A DNA stretch of 64,000 bases from a virus. Lineage: Duplodnaviria; Heunggongvirae; Uroviricota; Caudoviricetes. Below the pieces are notes generated by a model. It ran no database searches, was not told where the DNA came from, and was given only the letters and a program-made list of their open reading frames with translations. Within the stretch, counting starts at the first letter, position 1; each line of letters opens with the position of its first letter. The stretch covers positions 1-64,000 of IMG/VR virus record IMGVR_UViG_2518285548_000002. The stretch is one strand, 5' to 3'. The position numbers were made by a program, and so were the translations under genes. Below are positions 58,801 to 64,000 of this stretch, one piece after another.

Positions 58801-58975
58801 TTCCATCCCTGCTAACCCTGCTCTGGAATTGTTGGACAACGTGCTCATCTCGGATAAAACCACCACAACACGTTCCGTCTACACTATTAAGGGAATCAGA
58901 ACTAGCTTCTCTATTGATAGTGGAATGATTCAAGTTATTGACCTCATGTGGTCTCAGAAAGGAGCAATAGTCTAA
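55859..58975 (+). CDS. tail-associated lysin with M23 peptidase domain
   Basis: HRGIDLW...HLHFE M23 motifs; possible glycosidase-like region AICKHETALG. Confidence 0.7.
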   Translation: MIPISEEVLKVLSQRLKLGERSLPNVRVEVDRLAFIPGRTEEFRNIINDPKQVTQVKKVWITESTDGVYDGSTSANGQDICFPVQGKTIDTITITDEFGASRDGGKSHRGIDLWDDMGKPILAAWEGKVVNITRNRTEGAGYSVTIKHAGGVMTKYMHLSEINCSLDEIVTQGQMIGKLGNTGNVYTNGHKVSEAERAEGKGRHLHFEIWDGVNQDSKTGEGGKAVNPKAYLTGQRKMYGDTVSTGNVVDEGFVTGFPGEVKLSENFDKRNWYENGVYRLGFNFHQVGSIQTGWTLFDSGGKLVYTFGQSSTTVEFEIDVSKMSMPTEGLLSIGLGTNFTSSTDGDSFTVLIDGKAFANVTEFTGAYDLSKLTELKNIVVPANSKIIKIKVVYGGKMQEFYKGFPEPKKLAIDYIRIQELLPAPPTNDKSEEGLDPSKGYWHELEYNTFINNEITQVDYLQVGSFVYMDTQVLPNIINVEVDNQYEAEAMEARISISNPRGYFSPDYNPAYFPEMVGITSPWSYFVNGFHIGVLSENTPIRIYMGYGLHLMRVFTGLIDKVDMTGEGSILDISARDMYKKIIEKVISEKKAYPDVGHVDNVPDPVPPSGGGGRLNEIILAAQTQAAAYGVPDHKFLLAICKHETALGTAGMGTEANGSFVLGYGCVRDGYCHPQYKGVQEQMKRGAERMSKALASRGKKVATKADVLYFHGGGDIAPMVWSGDRDNWVNRVWTYYQEMLANPSNWERTASTPSAPPAAKQPMDLEKPAWVKSTVILDLVKHAGMVGWRATSEDLAYPDYVIDETYLIEVNQKTGRVIVPVPGQEGEFEVKVASTILTPNGWKNPFVEEYGRTFEKYSTKVAEALSEVIGDLAYRSYCDRYGTYRFERINYNKPVVAEFTEHENLISINKSLDWSRGRSHVAVIDSDGNHGNFIDKEILLELKGEIRTMVAPVAWAKTIEAKKAVAEKAFFDMKRLCRTLQVSIPANPALELLDNVLISDKTTTTRSVYTIKGIRTSFSIDSGMIQVIDLMWSQKGAIV

Positions 58976-59391
58976 TGGCGGGTATAGTTAATGATAACAT
59001 AGTCTTTCCTGTCCTTGACCTCATCCATAGGGAAATTCGTAAGTATACCAACATCAACAATATGGAAGGCGACCCTCTTGAAGGGGTGCCTTCCGTTACT
59101 TTATTTAGGGAACACCCGATGGATGTTGACCGAGTAACGGGAGCTGACATGCTCTACGAATCTGCGTGGAAGATTTCAGTTTGGATGAAGTTTGGCTCGG
59201 AGGATGGTTTAGGATTTCCAGCGGGCGTTGGATACTCCCACCCTGATTATTCTTATTATAAGCACTTCCGCTTGACGCAAGTCACACAGCGGGCTTTTAA
59301 TCCAAATGGCGAGTCGGTAGTCACTTACCACATCAGTCTAAACTATGATGATGAAGGACGCTTAACTGGGACAAGTGTGAATCGTATATAG
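58975..59391 (+). CDS. hypothetical tail/baseplate protein
   Basis: Start trimmed to ATG after AAAGGAG. Confidence 0.5.
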   Translation: MAGIVNDNIVFPVLDLIHREIRKYTNINNMEGDPLEGVPSVTLFREHPMDVDRVTGADMLYESAWKISVWMKFGSEDGLGFPAGVGYSHPDYSYYKHFRLTQVTQRAFNPNGESVVTYHISLNYDDEGRLTGTSVNRI

Positions 59392-59409
59392 AAATTAGGG
59401 GGTGGTTAG

Positions 59410-59820
59410 GTGGCATTTAATATTGTATATGTCGCGGGCGGAGTTATCGACAAAGTGCGCGAGTTGCCATATCCACACTTCAGCAAGAAAACTATCCCTT
59501 TCATTAGGGGTCAGATGTTGGACATACCTGCCGCTAAGACCACTAAATCTGACACATTTAGCCTTCCATACGATACAGAGTTCTTGTCTATCGCTTTCGC
59601 GGCAAGTCAGTACTGTGTAGGGGATTACTGGGAATTAACTATTGGAAAAGAAAAGGTGTGTCAGACTATTTTTACTAAAGAGCTTCCTGAGTCAGTCTCG
59701 ATGGGTAACAGCTTTGGTATCGTTTACCCTATTGAGGCGGGAACTCCAATCAAATTTGACTTCGTAAACACGAGTGGTCAGGCAAAGTCGGTATGGTACA
59801 ACATTAAATTCTTGAGATAA
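59410..59820 (+). CDS. hypothetical tail/baseplate protein
   Basis: GTG start after AGGGGGTGG. Confidence 0.5.
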   Translation: MAFNIVYVAGGVIDKVRELPYPHFSKKTIPFIRGQMLDIPAAKTTKSDTFSLPYDTEFLSIAFAASQYCVGDYWELTIGKEKVCQTIFTKELPESVSMGNSFGIVYPIEAGTPIKFDFVNTSGQAKSVWYNIKFLR

Positions 59821-59833
59821 GGAGGGTGACAGG

Positions 59834-61786
59834 GTGGTATTACAGAAACCTCTAAACAATGTAGGTGCCTTTATTGATGGGGAAACTGAAGCACAGAACC
59901 TCATCTTTAGCTTGGCTGACGAGATTGTAGGGGCTAAAGTCCCTAGAATCGAGGGAGGCACTGATGCTAATAGGTGGGAGGGAGTTTACCAGTCTGAAGG
60001 GTCAAAGTGGGTTACTTATAAGAAGGATTACCACAAGGACATACAAGGTATGTATAAACATACTGATGGTAACCTCTATGAGGTGTACAAGATCCCAGAC
60101 TGGACTGAAGCAAAGAACAGTAAGGGAGATTTTGCTGTTGATAAGGAAGGTAACCTTTGGGAAGTAAGGCAGTCTTACTGGGATGAAGCAGTCGAAGATA
60201 GGTCTGAGCCTAATTCATCGGATATTGGAAGACATTGTGGGAACTATCAGACAGGAAGGAAGATTCAGGTAGTGCAGTTCTCCTACATAGACAGTCTGAC
60301 AAACGAGACCAAGTATGTAGACGTGCCAGGGTGCTTAGTTACTGTTGTTCCAGACGTTTCCGTTCCTGAGGGATACCGAGCCTATTTAGTTCGTCAGGTT
60401 ATCAAGAAGTTGGACGGGACAACAGTGCCTACGTCTGAGTGGAATCAATTTGAGATTGTCACGGAGATGCCGACTGACTGGGCATACGCTATTAAGTTAG
60501 CGCCTAGAGGTAAGTTCCAGTACAACTTCAGTAGACCAGTTCAAAAATATGATAATTCTCCTGGTTGGAATTGGGGAGCTTTTGTTGACAGCTTCTACGA
60601 ACCTACCAAGCAGTTATACAAGTTTAATGAGCGATTCTATGTAGCAGACCCGTTGCATCATGTACCCGCGCGAGCAGTTATTAAAGGTACTCCAACCGTT
60701 CCGACTGGAATCCCTGTTCGAGATTATTTCGTAATGTTTGAGCAACCCGATGACTGGAACTACATCAACGTATACTACGGAGAAGGTTTTGAGGGAAAGT
60801 TGGCTCAAGGCGAAGGGGCAAAGACCTATGATGGCATTTGTGACCCTGACACCATCAAGATTGGGGTGGCACCAAAAGTTATCGACCAGTTAAAGGCTCA
60901 CCATATGTACCTGACATGGAATGACCCAGAAGCTGTTCAACCGTTCACTCCGCCATCTATTAAATGGAGACTTGACTATGACGGTAAAACGGAGATCGTA
61001 AGCCCTGCGGCTCACTTCTTCCATGGTAGGGATTCAACAACATCATGGTTGCCTAACAAGAAGAGAAGACCTGACTACTTGGTGGCGTATACAATGTCCG
61101 TGAATAATGATCGAGTGGTCTTAGTTCTTGAAGGAGACCCTTCGCCAAACATTCACGGGTACTACCGTAGCTTCGGGTACATTGGTAAGATCGTTTCATT
61201 CAACGAGTACGACCATGCAGGTAACTTCGGTGTTACAGTGGGTATGGGCGACTTGTTAACAGACATGACAGGTTTCACAAAGGAAGACGTACTTACTGAC
61301 CTCAATCCTGAGCTGTACGCGAAGTATGGAGAGTATACTTCAAATGGGATGGATTCGATGTCGATGTTGAGGACGCGAAGTAACGTATTATTCCAACGAT
61401 ACTATCCTGCATTCATTACGCATCTCCCTAATTATCCATCGGTAGGTACACTTCCACCAGGTCTGTCTAAACTAATTGTTGACAAGGACGGTTTTCAAAA
61501 GTCGGTGTGGACGGACAAGTACCATGCAAGTCCGATCTACTTAGTCCATCAAGCTGAGGGTTATCGTGGCTACATGGACGGAGTTGTTGCAATCCACGAC
61601 CATAACTTAATTAACCGTGACGAGCTTATCGTTGACACTGAGATTCATAAAGACAATGAAAATCCTGCGTTAGGTACCTGGACTGAAGTGTACAAGTTCT
61701 TCAGTATCAAGAGTCCATTGAACCTGTTCAAGCACTCACCATCACCTGACGTAATTACAATTGCGTTCTTGAAAGAGATAAAATAA
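59834..61786 (+). CDS. tail fibre / receptor-binding protein
   Basis: Paralogous C-terminal ~150 aa with next gene. Confidence 0.55.
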   Translation: MVLQKPLNNVGAFIDGETEAQNLIFSLADEIVGAKVPRIEGGTDANRWEGVYQSEGSKWVTYKKDYHKDIQGMYKHTDGNLYEVYKIPDWTEAKNSKGDFAVDKEGNLWEVRQSYWDEAVEDRSEPNSSDIGRHCGNYQTGRKIQVVQFSYIDSLTNETKYVDVPGCLVTVVPDVSVPEGYRAYLVRQVIKKLDGTTVPTSEWNQFEIVTEMPTDWAYAIKLAPRGKFQYNFSRPVQKYDNSPGWNWGAFVDSFYEPTKQLYKFNERFYVADPLHHVPARAVIKGTPTVPTGIPVRDYFVMFEQPDDWNYINVYYGEGFEGKLAQGEGAKTYDGICDPDTIKIGVAPKVIDQLKAHHMYLTWNDPEAVQPFTPPSIKWRLDYDGKTEIVSPAAHFFHGRDSTTSWLPNKKRRPDYLVAYTMSVNNDRVVLVLEGDPSPNIHGYYRSFGYIGKIVSFNEYDHAGNFGVTVGMGDLLTDMTGFTKEDVLTDLNPELYAKYGEYTSNGMDSMSMLRTRSNVLFQRYYPAFITHLPNYPSVGTLPPGLSKLIVDKDGFQKSVWTDKYHASPIYLVHQAEGYRGYMDGVVAIHDHNLINRDELIVDTEIHKDNENPALGTWTEVYKFFSIKSPLNLFKHSPSPDVITIAFLKEIK

Positions 61787-61802
61787 GGGGGACTTCAACT
61801 CG

Positions 61803-62948
61803 ATGGCAAACTTCAAATACGTTGAGACAATTACCACTTCCCAGGACGTACTGACACATATTAGAAACGAGGTTACTGGGTTTGATAGTTATCCGTTCGA
61901 GACTACAGCAAAGGAAGCTCAAGTGCAAAACCTGTGGGAAGTGTTCTATGAGGAGAAAGACGAAAATGACCGTGTAAAAGAACTTATTCTTCAAGGGGTA
62001 ATTACGATTGGTACACAAGCCGCTCCGATTACCAAGAAGTTCTATGTAAGCTTCATCAACCATGCACTTGTTCCGCGTGTAACGTCACCTTCATCTAAAC
62101 CTGCTTACGATGAACATAGTACCTTGACAGTTCAGTTGCTTGAAGGGCTGGAAGGTAAGGAGCCTGTAGAGCTTCCATTGACCACACGACCTACATTTAA
62201 GCTAACAGGTCACCCAGTACTATACCAATGGTCGGTTGAGGATTACACTCCTACTGACCGCAACAAAGAGAAGCCAGTGTATATGTACATCAACGTTATG
62301 AACAACCGACTGGCTATGGTGCTTGTTGCCGACCCTGCGGTTAACTTTTTGGACTACAAGAAATCATTCCTGTATGTTGGTGCCTTGAAGCCGTTCAAAT
62401 ACAACCTGAATGATGTGGATGGTAACGTAATGTTGACTGCGGGAGCTGTAATCGCGGAGCCTGACATCACCAAGATTGCTACCGATAAAACGTACTATTT
62501 TGGTCAGTACACATCAGCAGGTAACAACACCTTGCAAATGCTTAAAACGAAGTCGGGTATTGAGTTCCAACGTCACTACCCATCCTTCATAACGCAGGCT
62601 CCACCTAAAGGTAAAGCGTACCTTGACCCTGTTTTGAAAGACACTGGTCTGGAACTAGAACCACAAGGTTTCCAAGCATCCAAATGGACTTCTAAATACC
62701 ACTTGTCACCAATCTACGTTGTCCATCCTTACGAGGGTTACCGTGGTCAGTTTGATAACTGTATTGCGGTTGCTAAGCACAACATTCTACATCTGGATGA
62801 GCTTATCATTGACGTAGAGGGAAAGGCTTGGAGCCAAGAAGTGTACCGATACTTCGATACGGATACAGAGCAAACCTTCATGAACCTTTCTGCTAACCAA
62901 CGAATGGGTGTAGCAATTCTGAAGGAAGTCCGTTACCCAGTTGCTTAG
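61803..62948 (+). CDS. tail fibre / receptor-binding protein paralog
   Basis: Shares YRG(Y/Q)(M/F)D...H..I....EL and FQR(Y/H)YP(A/S)FIT motifs with previous gene. Confidence 0.55.
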   Translation: MANFKYVETITTSQDVLTHIRNEVTGFDSYPFETTAKEAQVQNLWEVFYEEKDENDRVKELILQGVITIGTQAAPITKKFYVSFINHALVPRVTSPSSKPAYDEHSTLTVQLLEGLEGKEPVELPLTTRPTFKLTGHPVLYQWSVEDYTPTDRNKEKPVYMYINVMNNRLAMVLVADPAVNFLDYKKSFLYVGALKPFKYNLNDVDGNVMLTAGAVIAEPDITKIATDKTYYFGQYTSAGNNTLQMLKTKSGIEFQRHYPSFITQAPPKGKAYLDPVLKDTGLELEPQGFQASKWTSKYHLSPIYVVHPYEGYRGQFDNCIAVAKHNILHLDELIIDVEGKAWSQEVYRYFDTDTEQTFMNLSANQRMGVAILKEVRYPVA

Positions 62949-62986
62949 TTAAACTGTATGATAGCTGAATCGTATAGATTCAGTGA

Positions 62987-63025
62987 GGGAACTTTCTGAG
63001 ACTCCTCTCAGGAGTTCCCTTTTTT
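62987..63025 (+). terminator. rho-independent terminator
   Basis: GGGAACT...AGTTCCC TTTTTT. Confidence 0.6.
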
Positions 63026-63044
63026 AATACAAGGGGGCGGTGAC

Positions 63045-64000
63045 GTGAACCGAGTAGTAAACCAGTATGATTTTACTGTAATAGATTACACGACCACTCA
63101 GCACGGTTACCTATTCACCGTTGGGACTACAGGTAGCAGGAGCGAAGAATATCGGTTTATTTACATTCCTTACAGTCGCTATCCTAGTGTCCTTATGCTT
63201 GATTTCCATATTGCTCGATCTATCTCCCAGGGTATGAACCACGATCTTGTCGAAGCCATTCGTAAGGACACGGAATCCGAGGAAGGGTTCATCCTGCTAG
63301 GTGATGGGAAGCAGTCAAAAACGGGGGTAATGCACGAGAAATCAGAAGGTTCTACTTTCAATAATATAGGTAAGATAATGGAGTTTTCGTTTGAAGCCGA
63401 GAGAACGGCACTGATTGAAGCTCTTGAATTAAATGAGCAACCTAAAGCCCATAGACCCAACTTCCTGAAGGACGCATCACTTGATGCTGACATGGGAGAA
63501 AGTTGGCGGGTGGACAACGACAAGGAACTGAAGATCGTTCGTAATCTAGGACTTACCCGCAGGTTAGTTCAGAATCTCGGAAAAATTGACCCTAGTAAGA
63601 TCAGCTTCAGAGAAAATGAGTTCGGAATGGTCGCTGACTACGCAGATAGTGCTGAGATAGATGATAGTGAATACGAATTGGTGATTAGTCAACTCGTGGA
63701 CTCGGTAAGGGACAATCAACCCGACTTGGACTTGGCAGGGGTTTACGCCGAGGTTGAGCGCCTTGTTGGTCATTCCTCTGAAAACGCCCCACTATTAGAA
63801 GCTGTTGTGAACTACCTGAGGGACACCGAAAGAAGCGAGACCATCAAGGCTGAACGTGTCACACGGCATGATGTTGAGCTACTGTACCAAGACCTTCTAG
63901 GTATCCGTGTCAGCGATAAACACGCGACAGTCCAAAAAGCAACTATTACAGGGATCATAGTCACTGACAACCATGGCATTGTCGAACATTCATTTTCTAT
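63045..64000 (+). CDS. hypothetical protein, 3' truncated by window end (GTG start)
   Basis: Open frame with no stop to 64000; AAGGGGG RBS; absent from track, apparently because no in-window stop. Confidence 0.5.
   Translation, partial: MNRVVNQYDFTVIDYTTTQHGYLFTVGTTGSRSEEYRFIYIPYSRYPSVLMLDFHIARSISQGMNHDLVEAIRKDTESEEGFILLGDGKQSKTGVMHEKSEGSTFNNIGKIMEFSFEAERTALIEALELNEQPKAHRPNFLKDASLDADMGESWRVDNDKELKIVRNLGLTRRLVQNLGKIDPSKISFRENEFGMVADYADSAEIDDSEYELVISQLVDSVRDNQPDLDLAGVYAEVERLVGHSSENAPLLEAVVNYLRDTERSETIKAERVTRHDVELLYQDLLGIRVSDKHATVQKATITGIIVTDNHGIVEHSFS

Noticed and set aside
63179-63773. Minus ORFs 63179-63523 and 63564-63773
   Set aside because: Antisense to a long uninterrupted plus-strand frame (63045 to window end) that has a proper RBS.
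1-64000. CRISPR array
   Set aside because: No regularly spaced identical repeats of 24-48 bp with unique spacers seen; the repeated elements found are promoters or leader motifs at irregular spacing.

Overview
This window looks like part of a large tailed phage or prophage of a low-GC Firmicute (Bacillus-group-like; several proteins carry S-layer-homology, SLH, motifs), in three blocks. Block 1 (1-22953) is almost all minus-strand early/DNA-metabolism genes. It holds a Prs-like / HAD / NAMPT-like operon (candidate NAD+ reconstitution anti-defence module), an SNF2 helicase, a DnaD-like protein and many hypotheticals. A recurring promoter motif punctuates it, TTAAC(T/A)-N17-TATAGAG, six copies on the minus strand plus one on plus. 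Most minus genes are preceded by a conserved roughly 100-nt leader element (hairpin plus ATGGAG short uORF). Block 2 (23238-29300) is an AT-rich plus-strand accessory island. It encodes an RNPP-type HTH-TPR regulator with a coupled secreted pro-peptide (arbitrium/quorum-sensing-like), a Spo0E-like ORF with an apparent AUU start, a secreted Zn-metalloprotease, a second HTH regulator and secreted/membrane proteins. It is bounded by a tRNA-like cluster (one near-complete tRNA-Gln-like gene plus three T-arm/acceptor fragments) near 30000. Block 3 (32195-64000) is the plus-strand late module. It holds a putative TerS, thymidine kinase, TerL, metallophosphoesterase, portal, scaffold, major capsid, tail genes, a 2737-aa tape measure protein, SLH-motif tail proteins, an M23 tail lysin and two paralogous tail-fiber/RBP genes. 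Unusual non-coding features include a 1.3-kb repeat/G-quadruplex-rich region (19270-20578), inverted repeats flanking gene 20579-20977, a G-rich region (20978-21908), and tandem 22-bp repeats after terL. All functional calls come from motif recognition by eye; no database searches were possible.
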